Of a stretch of DNA of 38,392 nt, positions 1 to 12,779 are shown piece after piece (the stretch's first letter is position 1; each line of letters begins with the position of its first letter). The stretch is from Chiloscyllium plagiosum (taxonomy: Eukaryota): positions 1,138,405-1,176,796 of the forward strand of contig NC_057757.1 in the NCBI RefSeq assembly GCF_004010195.1, written 5' to 3'. Under the pieces are notes generated by a model. That model saw nothing but the letters and a program-made list of their open reading frames with translations, did no database searches and was not told the DNA's origin. A program made the position numbers and the translations under genes.

Positions 1-1
1 C

Positions 2-514
2 TCCCTCTGACACCAGGCTTTCACCTCTGCATTGTCTGGTAGAAGTCTTTCAATGTGTTTGATGCTTTTCCAAATAAAGACATTCTCCATTTTGGGGCTG
101 ACCATAAATTAGCAGGAATGTATGTAAAATCTTTAGGGATGTTTTGAGGACATCCCTAAATGTAGTTCTCCAGGATCTCTCACAGGGAGAATGTGCAAAC
201 TCCACACAGACAGTTGCCCGAGGCGGGGATCGAACCTGGGTCCCTGGCGCTGTGAGACAGCAGTGCTAACCACTGAGCCACCGTGCCGCCCAAAGATAGG
301 TCTTTGAAAGATAGGTCAAATGAGGATTTGAAGGCTTATGTGTTCCCTCTGACACCAGGCTTTCACCTCTGCATTGTCTGGTAGAAGTCTTTCAATGTGT
401 TTGATGTTTTCCAAATAAAGACATTCTCCATTTTGGGGCTGACCATAAATTAGCAGGAATGTATGTAAAATCTTTAGGGATGTTTTGAGGACATCCCTAA
501 ATGTAGTTCTCCAG
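2..514. repeat. ~172-bp direct duplication (2-173 and 344-514)
   Basis: Near-identical copies differing by a 1-nt indel, separated by an HE1 SINE head; the left copy may extend beyond the window. Confidence 0.9.
182..291 (-). mobile_element. HE1-type tRNA-derived SINE, 5' part only
   Basis: Reverse complement ggcggcacggtggctcagtggttagcactgctg...ggttcgatccc (A and B boxes); matches the plus-strand copies at 29190 and 37502. Confidence 0.85.
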
Positions 515-830
515 AATTTCTCTCTCTGATTGGGTTTCAAGTAGACCAGTTGCTTTAGAAGATTCTCCTGCTCCTCAGATGCTGCCTGACCTGCTGTGCT
601 TTTCCAGCATCACACTCTTGACTCTGATCTCCAGAATCTGCAGTCCTCACTTTCTCCCAGTTACTTTAGAAATCTATGGTCAGGCATACAATGTCATATC
701 TTGCCCAACGTAGCTGATTTGGAATAGTAAGTACCTTGATGCTGGATTAATTGTCTTGGAAGATGATGTTGCTGTTGGAGTGTATTTCTTGCCATTGGGT
801 TTGAAGGACCTTGCTGGTTTACTTCTTTAG
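316..830 (-). mobile_element. RTE-clade LINE ORF C-terminal relic
   Basis: Decayed translation VLQTQWQEIHSNSNI...NQLRWA...MPDHRFLK...FRDVLKTSLK resembles the RTE C-terminus (LRWAGHVxRMxDxRLPK...RFKDTLKxSLK). Confidence 0.65.
561..656 (+). mobile_element. Short Penelope-derived terminal unit (hammerhead core truncated) with 15-bp TSD
   Basis: Same family as 3727, 11802, 17214, 20336 and 26057; flanked by ccagttgctttagaa (546-560) and ccagttactttagaa (657-671). Confidence 0.75.
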
Positions 831-1068
831 TTCTTTCAATTGCCTTCTCTAGATTCCTGGCCAATCTGATCTGGCCTGAATCAAGGGCTCTCTTACAACC
901 CTTGATACCACTACAGTTTAAGAATCTATCATAGCCTTGGACATAATCAATGACTCCGCTTATACAGTTCTTTGGGGTAGAGAATTCTAAAGATTCTCAA
1001 CACTCTGATAGAAGAAATCAGTCTAAGTAGAATGATTAAGGGACAGTGATAATTATTGATTTGAACCT

Positions 1069-1518
1069 GGATGTTGCCTGGTCTGGAGGGAAGGTCTTAT
1101 GAGGAAAGGCTGAGAGACTTGGGTCTGTTCTCATTGGAAAGAAGAAGGCTAAGGGGGATTTGATAGAGACATACAAGATCATCAGATGATTAGATAGGGG
1201 AGACAGTGGAAGTCTTTTTCCAAAGATGATGATGTCGGTTTTTATGAGGGGATATTGCTACAAATTGCAGGGTGATAGATTTAAGACAGATGTCAGAGGC
1301 AGGTTCTTTACTCAGAGGATGGTAAGGGCGTGGAGTGCCCTGCCTGCCAATGTAGTTAACTTGGCCACGTTAGGGAGATTTAAACAATCCTTGGATAAGC
1401 ACATGGATGATGATGATGATGGGATAGTGTAGGAGGATGGGCTTAGATTAGTTTACAGGTTGGTGCAACATCAAGGGCCGAAGGGCCTGTTCTGCACTGA
1501 ATTGCTCTATGTTCTATG
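1069..1518 (+). mobile_element. CR1 LINE 3' end
   Basis: [23 protein letters not shown]...RGRFFTQR.VRAW; ctatgttctatg tail; same subfamily as 8346-10130. Confidence 0.9.
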
Positions 1519-1804
1519 AATGCACAGAGAGGTTATGGATTGGAAGAGTGTTTCAGGGCATTTGGAGCTTGTGAACATGACATAAAAGTTACAATACAGA
1601 AGCAGGCTATTTGTTCTAATTGGTTTCTGATGGCTCTTTTACTCCACATAAGCCTCTGTCTATCCTATTTCATCCAAACAACATAACCTTCTAATCGAAT
1701 TCTTTTCTCCTCATGTGTTTATCTATCTTCCCCTTAAAATGCATCAATGATATTTGCCTCACCTAAACCCAATGGGAGTGAATTACACAGTGTAATTCGC
1801 TACT

Positions 1805-4570
1805 CAGAGTCATAGAACATGGAAACAAACCCTTCGATTCAACTCGTCCATGCCTAAACTGAACTAGTCCCATTTCCTTGCGGTTGATCTATATCCCTCT
1901 AAACCTTTCCTGTTCATGTACCCATCCAGGTGCCTTTGAAATGTTATAATTGTACCCACCTCCACCAATTCACCTAGTAGTTTGTTCCACATAGGCACCA
2001 CCCTCTGTGTGAAAAGTTGCCTCTTAGATCCCTTTTAAATCTTTCCCCTCTCACCTTAAATATATGCTCTGTTTCCCCTCTCCTGGGGAAAAGACCTTGG
2101 CTATTCACCCTATCTATGCCTCAAATGATCTTATAATCCTCTATAAGGTCACCCTTTAGCCTCCCAAATTCTAGGGGAGAAATTCCCAGCTTAGCCAGCC
2201 TCTCCTTATAGTTCAAACCCTCCAGTATTGGTAACATCCTTGTTAATATTTTCAGCACCTTTTTTCAGTTTAATAAGATTCTTCTTATAGCAGGGCAACC
2301 AGAACTGTATGCAGTACTCCAAAGGTGGTCTCACCAATGTATTGTACAACCGCAACATGATACTCGAACTCCTGTACCTAATGTTCTGACCAGTGAAAGC
2401 AAGTGTGCCAAATGCTTTCTTCACCAGCCTGTCTACCTGTGATGCCATTTCAAGGAACTATGTGTCTGAACCCCTAGGTCTCTCTGTTTGACAACACTAT
2501 CCAGGGCCCAACCATTAATTGTGCATCAATTTGTCTTATCAAAATGCAATACCTTACATTTATCTAAATTAAACTCTATCTGCCACTCCTTGGACTACTA
2601 CCCCAGCTGATCAAGACCTCAGTACTCTTTGATAACCTTCTTCATTGTCCATTATAGCACCATCACCTACAAACTTACTAACTATGCTTCCTGCATTCTC
2701 ATCCAAATTGTTTACATAAATGACAAACAACAGTGGACCCAGCATCGATCTCTGTGGCACACCGCTGGTCACAAGCCTTTAGTCTGAACACAACCCTCTA
2801 CCACCACTCTGTCTCCTATCATCAAACCAATTTTGTATCCAATTGGCTAGCTGTACCTGGACCTAACTTTACTAACAGTCTACCATGTGGAACCTTGTCA
2901 AAGGCCTTGCTAAAGTCCACGTAGATGTCTACCGCTCTGCCTTCATCTATCTTTTTGGTCACCTCTTTGAAACATTTATTCAAGTTTGAGAGACATGATT
3001 TCCCATGGACAAGGCCATGCTGACTTCCCTTAATCAATCCTTGCCTTTCCGAATGCAAGTAAATCCTGTCTCTCAGAAGCTTCTTCAACAACTTACCCAC
3101 CACTGACATCAGGCTCATCAGCGTATACTTCCTTGGCTTTTCCTTGCAGCTTTTCTTAAATAAAGGCACAATATTAGCCACGCTCCTGTCTTCCAGCACC
3201 TCACCCGTGGCCGTAGATGATACAAGTAACTTGGCTAGAGGTCCTGCAATTTCTTCCTTAGCTTCCCACAATGTCCTGGAATACCTCCGATCAGGTCCTG
3301 AGGATTTACCTACCTTTACGCATTTTAAGACCTCCAGCACCACCTCTTCTGTAATGTGGACTCTTTTCAAAACATCACTATTCATTTCCCCAAGTTCCCT
3401 AGCTTCTGTGTCTGTCCTCACAGTAAATACTGAGGCAAAATATTCATTTAGTATCTCACCATCCCGAGCCTTATTAATTAAGGGGCCCTATTCACTCCCT
3501 AGTTGCCCTTGTGTCATTAATGTACTTGTAGACTGTCTTTGAATTCTCCTTCACCTGATCTGCCAATGCTATCTCATGTCCTCTTTTGCCTTCCTGATTT
3601 CCCTCTTAAGTGTGTTCCTATTCCCCCTACACTCCAAGGGATTCACCAGATCCCAGTTGTCTATACCTGACGAATGCCTCCTTTTTGTTGAACAGAGCCT
3701 CAATATCTGTAATCATCCAGCATCATCCTGATGAAGGGCTTTTGCCTGAAACATCGATTCTTCTGCTCCTCAGATGCTGCCTGACCTGCTGTGCTTTTCC
3801 AACACCACAGTGTTGACTCTAACCTGGTGTTGTCTTAATACAATCCTGTTATTCTTACTGATATTGGAGATCTCCACACATATTTGCTTCCTCAATTTCT
3901 CACTGACTGACTATCAAGGTGATCATTCTCTTATTTCTCAGTTCCACGCATATAGCTTCCCTTAGGAATAATTCTCTTTTAAGTACTTCCGTGATGTTTT
4001 CCCTAGTCAAAAACACCACTCCTCCTCTTCTCTTGCTTCCCTTTCTATCCTATTAACATCTATAGCCCAGAACATTGAGCTGCCAGTCTTGTCTTTCCCT
4101 CAGCCACTTTTCTGTCATAGCTGTGATATTCTATTCCCATGTTCCCATTCATGCCCTGCATTCATCTGCCTTACCTGTCAGGCATCTTGCATTGAAATAA
4201 ATGCAGTTTAGTTCATCAGTCTTATCTCGCTCTCTACCGTGCTCCCGCCTGCCTTGTCTCTTTAACTTGCTCCCCTTAAACTCTGTACCAGCCTCAACCT
4301 TCTCTCTTCTCTCACTACTGCTTAGGGACCCACCCCCCAGCAGACTTATTTAAACCCTCCCAAACAGCATGAGCAAACCCTCCCACTGGGATATTGGTTC
4401 CCCCTATAGTTCAGGTGCAACCTGTCCTTGTACAGGTTGTCTCTTCCCCAGAAGGGATCTCAAGGATCCAAAAATCTGAATCCCTGCCCCTGCACCAGCT
4501 CCTCAGCCATGCATTCATCTGCCCTGTCCTCCTATTCCTACTTTCACTAACATGTGGCACTGGGAATAAT
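1805..4570 (-). mobile_element. CR1 LINE relic (ORF2 RT plus upstream fragments)
   Basis: ORFs 2822-3421 (SQHG..HGKSCLSNL, DFSKAFDKVPH) and 2206-2448 (LVRPPLEYCIQFW); frameshifted; interrupted by a PLE unit near 3727. Confidence 0.9.
3727..3820 (+). mobile_element. Penelope-derived unit with hammerhead-like core
   Basis: CTGATGA (3728-3734) - a gggc tttt gcct - GAAAC (3748-3752) - ATC. Confidence 0.7.
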
Positions 4571-4987
4571 CCAAATGAGTATTAACATTTCTCCTGAATT
4601 CCCTATTAGATTTATTGAATACTGTCTACATTTTGTGGATTCTAGTTTTGGACTCCCTAACAAATTTAGTATCTTCTCTGTGCCTACTCTATCTATCCTA
4701 TTCTAGCCTCCACTAGATCACCCTCCAGTAACTTCTGGAGGAAAGAACCAGAAGGAAGAAAGTTTAGAGAACACTGATAGGAAAGGTAAAATAAACAAAA
4801 GAAGGATACAGTGCTGAGAAATTTCGCAAGTTCCGCTGAATCATAAAAGCCTGTTAAACGCAATGGCGAGAAAGGAGTTTTGAGTGACGGGAGCAGAACC
4901 AGCATTTCGAGGCCTCACCCTTTGCAGTAGACAGTTGATACATCTTTGCGCATATTTCAAACTACGAGTAGAAGATATTTACAGTAC

Positions 4988-5100
4988 CTGTTCCAAGTTT
5001 TGAAGGCGTTGCTAGCTCGTTTATACAGATAACCCTCCATAACCACACCATTTGGAGCCTCTATATTAAACTCCACTGCCAAATCATCATAAAACACATC
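4988..5100 (-). CDS. ACAP1: ACAP exon 10 (start of PH domain)
   Basis: caacAG|GAT...AAC AG|GTACTG; 113 nt; DVFYDDLAVEFNIEAPNGVVMEGYLYKRASNAFKTWN(R), with the ACAP KRASNAFKTW motif. Confidence 0.95.
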
Positions 5101-5839
5101 CTGTTGAAAGTAAAAAATGTTTAATTAAACCAGCAACAGTTCAAATAAGCATCCTACTCTTTCAGACGGGAGGAGGAATTTCAATCCTCTGCGTCTTTGC
5201 CATTCAGTTTAATCAGAGCTGATATATATCTTAATTCTATTTGTTTTAGTTTCATCATCTATGATACCTTTTTTGATTTAAGTTTCGATATTGATAATTA
5301 ATTCCCAACTTCAACTGCTTTTTGGGGGAGAAGACTTCAGGTTTCCACAGCCCTTTAAATGAAAAAAAGGCTTCCTGATATCATCACTGAATGGCCAAAG
5401 TCAAATTTCAAGGTTATGTTTTCTTTTTCTGGGCTTCTCTCAAGAGAGGGAACAATTTCTCTCTTTTTCATTTGTGCAATTTCTTAAATTGTCTTAAAAC
5501 TCAATTAAATTATCCATTGAGTCTCCAAACTCAACAGGATTTTAACTTTGTCTTTGCAAACAGTCCTTTTATTAAAACACGTGAGTCTAGTGACTCAGCA
5601 CTGCACCTGCTTCAAGGTAGAGAGCAGAAGGCAAATACTCCAAACACACAGTCTAGTGAGAGCATTTTACAGCTGTAACAAAACTTGCACTCCTTGGAGT
5701 AATCGGTCCACAACTGTTTGCATTTCTATAATCTTCAGGGGGCAGAAGTTTAAGACATTAAAGTAGTGAGAGCTAATTGATGTTGGTTATGACTCATGCG
5801 TAGCCAGGATATAATAGTCCCGGAGATACAGGCTATTGT

Positions 5840-5945
5840 GATGCTGTGGTAGCGTCTCTACCTCTGAGCAGGAGGCACAGGTCTAAATCCCTCTAGCCCT
5901 GGATTTGTAGCATAACATGTTCAAACAGGTTGATTGAAATAACTT
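5840..5945 (+). mobile_element. Short degenerate tRNA-like SINE; related copies at ~22305-22400 (+) and ~22560-22652 (-)
   Basis: Shared gtggtag(t/c)gtc.ctacct.tg...g(t/g)ttcaagtcc...cataaca...gaacaggttgat pattern. Confidence 0.5.
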
Positions 5946-6147
5946 GAACAGGCAAGGAAGAAAAAGATGGGAAAGTAAAGTGGTAGGGCATTATCTGATT
6001 TATGGATGACACGTTTTAATTGACCTCCGGGCAGATTGGATTGAAGTGAAGTGGGGAAGGAACAGGGAGTTTGATTTCAAACAATCTTGCCTAATCCTGA
6101 TGTACAATTCATAAATTTCAAATAATAATGAAGTGTCATACCATTTA

Positions 6148-7107
6148 CAGTCACAGTCATATACAGCACAGAAACAGTCCCGTCCGTCCAACTTGTCCAT
6201 GCCAACCAATTATCCTAATCTAATATAGGCCCATTTGCCAGCACTTGGCCCATATCCCTTTAAATCCTTCCTGTTCATATACCAATCCAGATGCCTTTTA
6301 AATACTAAAATTGTACCAGCCTCCACCACTTCCTCAGGCAGCTCATTCCATACACACACCACTCTGCGTGAAAACGTTGCCCCTGAGATCCTTTTTATAG
6401 CTTTTCCCTCTCACTCTAAACCTATGCCCTCTAGTTCTGGACTCCCCCATCCATGGGAAAAGACTTTGTCTATTTATCCTATCCATGCCCATCATGATTT
6501 TATAAACCTCTATAAGGTCACCCCTCAGCCTCTGACGTTCCAGCCTATTCAGCTCTCCCTATAGCTCCAACCCTGGCAACATCCTTGTAAATCTTTTCTG
6601 AACCCTTTCAAGTTTCACAACATCCTTCCGATAGGAAGAAGACCAGAATTGCACGCAATATTCCAAAAGTGGCCTAACCAATATCCTGTATAGTCGCAGC
6701 ATAACCTCCAACTCCTATACTCAATACTCTGACCAATAAAGGAAAGCATACTAAATGCCTTCTTCACTATCCTATCTACCTGTGACTCTACTTTCAAGAA
6801 AGTATGAACCTGCACTCCGAGTTCTCATTGTTCAGCAACACTCCCCAGGACCTTACCACGAAGTGTATAAGTCCTGCTCTGATTTGCCTTTCCAAAATGC
6901 AGCACCTCGCATTTATCTGAATTAAACTCCATCTGCTACTCCTCAGCCCATTGGCCCATCTGGTCAGGATCTTGTAATCTGAGGTAACCTTCTTCACTGT
7001 CCACTACACCTCCAATTTTGGTGTCATCTGCAAACTTACTAACTGTATCTTCTATGTTCACATCCAATTGATTCACATAAATCACGAAAAGTAGTGGACC
7101 CAGCACC
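6148..7107 (-). mobile_element. CR1 LINE 3' portion
   Basis: VLGPLLFVIYVN...SKFADDTK (RT core); DRIVKKAF; 3' tail near 6148. Confidence 0.9.
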
Positions 7108-7224
7108 ATTTCTTGAGTTTTTAGGGAATTTATCACGAGAGTCTGCTGTAGAATCATACTTTTAAACTAGGGGTTTTGATATCTTAATCTTTTTTGTTTT
7201 TTCTCAACTAACTCCCTTTTCTGC

Positions 7225-7325
7225 AATGTCCCTGCCCTGAGAGAGTGTTGAGCACAGAGAGACCTTTACTCTGAATCCAAGCCACATCCTACCTATCCTG
7301 GGAGCTTTTGATAGGGACAGTGGGA
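7225..7325 (+). repeat. Dispersed degenerate satellite-like unit (also ~10605-10665 + and ~17160-17450 -)
   Basis: Shared motif ttactctg(t/a)atc(t/c)aa...ctgggag..tttgat.gggacagtg. Confidence 0.5.
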
Positions 7326-7444
7326 AAGAGAATACCAAACTTTGTGCTGAAATGTAAACAGAAAGTGCTGAAGAGACTCACCAAATTTGGCAGAATCTAT
7401 GGAGAGGGAAACAGAGTTAAAATGTTGAGTCTAACATGGACTTT

Positions 7445-10400
7445 AGACCATAAGACATAGAAATTTGGCCATTTGGCCCATCAAGTCTGCTCCACCATGG
7501 CTGATAAGTCTCCCATTCCCATTCTCCTGCTTTCTCCCTGTAACCTTTAATCCCCTTGATATCAAGAACCTATTTCAGTCTTACGTATACTCAGTGAATG
7601 GCGTCCACAGCCTTCTGTGGCAGTGAATTCCATTGATTCCCCACACTCTGGCTGAAGACGTTTCTCCTTAACTCTGTTCTAAAAGGACTTCCCTTTACGC
7701 TAAGGCTGTGTCGTCAGGTCCTCGTCTCTCCTACCAATGGAAACGTCTTCCCAACATCCACTCTGTCCAGGCCATTCAGTATTCTGCAAGTTTCAATTAT
7801 ATTCCACACACAACCCCCCCCATCCCCATCCTTTAAACTCTCACGAGTGTAGACCTAGAATCCTCAAACATTCCTCATATGTTAAGCCTTTTATTTCTGG
7901 AATCATGTCATGAACCTCCTGTGGACCCAAACCAGGGCCAGTACATCCTTCCTGAGATATGGGGCCCAAAATTACTCACAATACTCCAAATGTGGTCTGA
8001 CCAGAGCCTGAGAGAGCCTCAGAAGTACATCCTTGCTTTGAAATTCAAGTCCTCACAAAATAAATGTGTCTGTGCCTTTCTAATTACCAACTCAACCTGC
8101 AAGTTTACTTTGAGAGAATCCTGGACATCAACTCCCAAGTTCCTTTGCACTTCAGATTTCTGAATTTTCTCCCATTTAGAAAATATTCAATGCCTCTAAT
8201 CTTCTGATCAAAATGCATGACCGCATGTTGTATTCCATCTACCATTTCTTTGTCCACTCTCCTAACCTGTCTAAGTCCTTCTGCAACCTCCCCGCCTCCT
8301 CAATGCTACCTGTCCCTCTATCTTCCTTTGTATCATCTGCAGACTTAGAACATAGAACATAGAACAATACCGCGCAGAACAGGCCCTTTGGCCCTCGATG
8401 TTGTGCCACCCTGTGAACCATTCTAAGCTCATCCTCCTACACTATCCCATCATCATCCATGTGCTTATCTAAGGATTGTTTAAATCTCCCTAATGTGGCA
8501 ATTCGGGCATTCCACGCCCTCACCACTCTCTGAGTGAAGAACCTTCCTCTGATATCTGTCTTAAATCTATCGCCCTTCAATTTGTAGCTATGCCCCCTCG
8601 TACAAGCTGACGTCATCATCCTAGGAAAAAGACTTTCACTGTCTACCCTATCTAATCCTCTGATGATCTCGTATGTCTCTATCAAATCCCCTCTTAGCCT
8701 TCTTCTTTCCATTGAGAACAGACTCAAGTCTCTCAGCCTTTCCTCATAAGATCTTCCCTCCAGACCAGGCAACATCCTGGTAAATCTCCTCTGCATCTTT
8801 TCCAATGCTTCCACATCCTTCCTCTAATGGGACGACCAGAATATTCCAAGTGTGGCCGCACTAGCATTTTGTATAGTTGCAGCATGACATTGCGGTTCTG
8901 GAACTCAATCCCTCTACCAATGAAAACTAACACACCGTATGCCTTCTTAACAGCCCTATCAACCTGGGTAGCAACTTTCAGGGATCTGTGTACATGGACT
9001 CCAAGATCCTTCTGCACATCCACACTACCAAGAATCTTTCCATTGACCCAGTACTCTGCCTCCCTGTTATTCTTCCCAAATTAAATCACCTCACATTTAT
9101 CTGCATTGAACTCCATTTGCCACCTCTCAGTCCAATTCTGCAGTTTATCCAAGTCCCCCTGCAACCTGTAACATTCTTCCACGCTGTCCACTACTCTACT
9201 GACTTTAGTGTCATCTGCAAACTTACTAATCCATCCACCTATGCCTGTGTCTAAGTCATTTATAAAAATGACAAACAGCAGTGGTCCCACTTGTGGCACA
9301 CCACTTGTAACCGGACTCTATGCTGAATATTTTCCATCAACCACCACTCGCTGCCTTCTTTCAGAAAGCCAGTTTCTAATCCAAACTGCTAAATCACCCT
9401 CAATCCCATGCCTCTGCATTTTCTCCAACAGCCTACCATGTGGAACTTTATCAAAGACTTTACTGAAGTCCATGTATGCCACGTCAACTGCCCTACCCTC
9501 ATCTACATGCTTGGTCACCTTCTCAAAAAACTCAATGAGGTTTGTGAGACATGACCTGCCCTTGACGAAACCATGTTGACTATCTGAAATCAAATTGTTG
9601 TTTGCTAGATGATTATAAATCTTTGCTCTTATAATCCTTTCCAAAGCCTTTCCTACAACAGAAGTAAGGCTCAGTGGTTTATAATTACCTGGGTCACCTC
9701 TCCTGCCCTTCTTTAATAAGGGCACATTTGTAATCCTCCAGTCCTGTAGACAATGACAACTCAAATATCAAAGCCAAAGGCTTCACTATCTCCTCCCTAG
9801 CTTCCCAGAGAACCCTCGGATAAATCCCATCCGGCCCAGGGGACTTGTCTGCTTTCACTCCTTCTAGAATTGATAACACCTTTTCGTAACTAACCTTGAT
9901 CCTTTCTCGCCTAATATCTCGTATCTCATTCTTCTCCTCTTCAATATTCTCATTTTCCTGAGTGAAAACTGATGAGAAATGTTCATTTAGCACCTCTCTG
10001 ATCTCCACAGGGTCCACACTCAACTTCCCACTTCTGCCTTTGACTGGCCCATTCCTACCCTCGTCATCCTTTTATTCCTAACATACCTATAGAAAGCTTT
10101 AGGGTTCTCCTTTATTCTACCTGCTAAAACCCTAGCCAGAATGCTCTCAGTTCCTTCATTTGGTCATGAATGCAAAAAGTGAAAAGTTGTGGTCCCAACA
10201 CTGAGCCTCATGGAACACCATTAGTCACCTGCTGCCATCCTGAGAAGGACCCTTTTATCTCCACTCTCTGCCAGACAGCTAAACTTCTATCCATGCCAGC
10301 ACCATGCCTCTGACACCATGGGTCCTTATCTTGCTTAGCAGCCTCCTGTGCGGCACCTTGTCAAAGGCCTTCTGGAAGTCCAGGTCGATAACATCCATTG

Positions 10401-10570
10401 GCTCTCCTTGGTCTAATCTGCTCATTACCTTCTCAAAAGAATCCTAACAGATTTGTCGGGCATGACCTCCCCTTGATGAAATCATGCTGATTTTGGCCTA
10501 TTTTAACATACACTTCCAAGTTTTCAGAAATGACATCCTTCACAAAGGACTCCAAAATCTTACCAACTGC
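7445..10570 (-). mobile_element. Older CR1 LINE split by a nested CR1
   Basis: Tail at ~7445; ADDTK...LQKDLDRLGEWTKKW at 8239-8345; resumes at ~10130 (QHDFIKGRSC, DFQKAFDKVPH). Confidence 0.8.
8346..10130 (-). mobile_element. Younger CR1 LINE nested in an older CR1
   Basis: (tagaaca)n tail at 8346; ORFs 8437-10023 with PGPDGI, SQHGFVKGRSCLTNL, DFSKVFDKVPH, KFADDTK, LVRPHLEY. Confidence 0.92.
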
Positions 10571-10853
10571 CCTGGGTATATTTGATGAAATCATGCAGAA
10601 TAAGCCTTACTCTGTATCTAACCCTGTGATGTACCAGATCTGAATGTGATTGATAGGACAATGGGCAGAAATTATTGGTGTGGAGAGAAGGGTGTCTATA
10701 GTTAGTTAGTCAATGAATTAAAATCACCCTCATGCAATGTCACAAAGGTACAAAAAAACTCAAAACAGTATTGCTCATTTCAGTATGGGGCTCTGATGTA
10801 GCTCTGTGATTTATGGTATGAATACCCAACAGCTTGATATTCCTATGCCTCAC

Positions 10854-10928
10854 CTTCTGCTTGATAGTGGCATGCCTCTGTTCCATGTCTCGTTTATCTC
10901 TTGCTGAATTCAACACCAGCTGATGCAA
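10854..10928 (-). CDS. ACAP1: ACAP exon 9 (end of BAR)
   Basis: ttgcAG|...AAG|GTGAGG; 75 nt; LHQLVLNSARDKRDMEQRHATIKQK, nearly the ACAP1-type LHQLVLNSAREKRDMEQRH. Main basis for the paralogue call. Confidence 0.93.
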
Positions 10929-11459
10929 CTGCAAGAAGAGAGAAGCAAACATCATTGAAAACAACACGGAAAATTAGTCATTGTCTTTTTAAAAAGGAGG
11001 CCTTCCTTTTCACTTCCTACTGAAGATGCTGATGTTTTCTCTTGGTTCCCTCACACAGTATCTTCACCATGGACCCATCCTTCATATATGAGTGTTTACG
11101 TGATACTTGCCTGGAGAGGATACTGCAGTTAGGTGTGAACCTGCCCTCACCTGATCTAGTTCACACTGATGTGAGTTCCACATTCTCTCTCTGCTCTACA
11201 AAAAGGAACGTCTCTGAAGTTCTTAGTTTGATAGTTAAAGACTGTCTTATGTGAATGTGCAGTGTCGCTCAATAGCACTCAGCAGGAGGTACACGTGATT
11301 GATTATTCCTGTTGGATACACTGTGGGACCAACCACAACTGGCTAATGATTGGGGCAGAGTGTGGCCACCAATTCTTTGTACTCTTTTTAAAACAAATCT
11401 TGAATCAGATTGGACTATAACTTGGTTCAGTGTGATTTTTAACTTTGAATCAGGTTAGA

Positions 11460-11760
11460 CAGCCATTGGTAAGGCAAAAGAGTTAACCACATTGCTATGG
11501 GGCTGGAGCCACGTTTCAGTCAGAGTAGGTAAGGACAGGAAAAGGTTATCAGTGAACCAGATTGGCTTTTATAACAATCGATACTGATTTTATGATCACC
11601 AATTCTAGGACTAGTTGTTTTTAAAACTTTTCTTTGACGTTAATTAAATTTGAATTTCACCAGCTGCCATAGTGTGCTTTGCACTTATGTCCCCATAGAG
11701 TTATCCTGGGCAGCTAGATAACTAACTTATGGCATAACCATTGTTCCATTGTGTGCCATC
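11460..11760 (-). mobile_element. Degenerate tRNA-headed SINE (SacSINE/DeuSINE-like)
   Basis: Reverse complement contains ...atggcagctggtgaaattcaaattta...atctggttcactgata...tccttacctactctg; family recognised by eye only. Confidence 0.45.
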
Positions 11761-11800
11761 AGCCTCCAATCTACATTTTTAAACAAGCTTAAAATCTAGT

Positions 11801-11940
11801 TCAGGCAGCACCTGAGGAGCAGGAGAATCGACATTTCGGGCAAACACCCTTTAAGCCTGATGAAAGGCTTTTGCCCGAAACGTCGATTTTCCTGCTCCTC
11901 AGATGCTGTCTGACTTGCTGTGCTTTTCCAACACCACAGT
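11801..11940. mobile_element. Inverted (head-to-head) Penelope-derived unit with a plus-strand hammerhead core
   Basis: 11801-11850 is largely the reverse complement of 11865-11913; CTGATGA 11857-11863, GAAAC 11877-11881, GTC 11882-11884. Confidence 0.8.
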
Positions 11941-11999
11941 GGCAACAGCCCCTAATAGGATACTGCATCAAAAATACAAACTGCCAATTAATAGTCACA

Positions 12000-12594
12000 C
12001 AAATTCTGGTCCCTTTTTTTCCCCTAAAGGCTGTTCCTTGGCTCAAGGAGACTCTGTCCTTGATTTTTTTCAGAGGGGCAATAAACTGGACTGGACTCCG
12101 ATTTGGTACAGAGATGAGACTTCAGGCCAAAGTGGTAATGTTTTAGAAGTGCCATGTATAAAGAAAGAGGAGTGGTCAGCTCTCTAGCTGAGCTGGGCTG
12201 AGCAGTTGTAGTTTAGTCTTAAACTGGGAAGCTCAACAGGGACCTGTGTGGAAACTCTCTCTCTGTTCTACCCTTCAACTTCAATCTATAAACATGTGTT
12301 CCATTTATATTGGGTTTTACAGGGAGTCGCATATTGGGACTTTTTAGTATATTCGGAACAGCCTAATTAAGTCTAGGTTGGATAGACTGAGTTCTGTAGG
12401 GGTTCATTATTCTGTTCTTTGTGTTTCATGGTGTAATTTTGTGAATAAATTTTTGTCTGTTTTAAAATCTAGTAGTCAACCTCGCTAACTTACTCTGGGT
12501 AATGTTCACTGGACACTTACTGAAACAAATTGCAAAGTTATGGTCTGGGGCTGCCTGCTTAAGTGTTTTGAGTGGACTGGCCTAGTCCATAACA
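12000..12594. mobile_element. Solo LTR-like element
   Basis: Non-coding, contains AATAAA, ends ggcctagtccataaca; homologous to 36684-37275; left boundary approximate. Confidence 0.6.
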
Positions 12595-12779
12595 ACAGAA
12601 ACTTATCAGATTGAAAATAATGTCATCTAAGGTGATGATCCAACCCTGTGGTTCTCACCAGTTTCTAAAGGCTTTTATCATGCTGATGAACACCACATGA
12701 TCCCTCTCCATGGAGACCACAGCATAGATGTAAAAGCTTCTGTTTTGTTCTGTACTGAGTTTCACATGAACACCAACGC

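Noticed and set aside
1..4987. ACAP exon 11 (RRWFxIQxNQLVYQKK-like)
   Set aside because: No matching exon was found by eye; it probably lies beyond the left edge of the window
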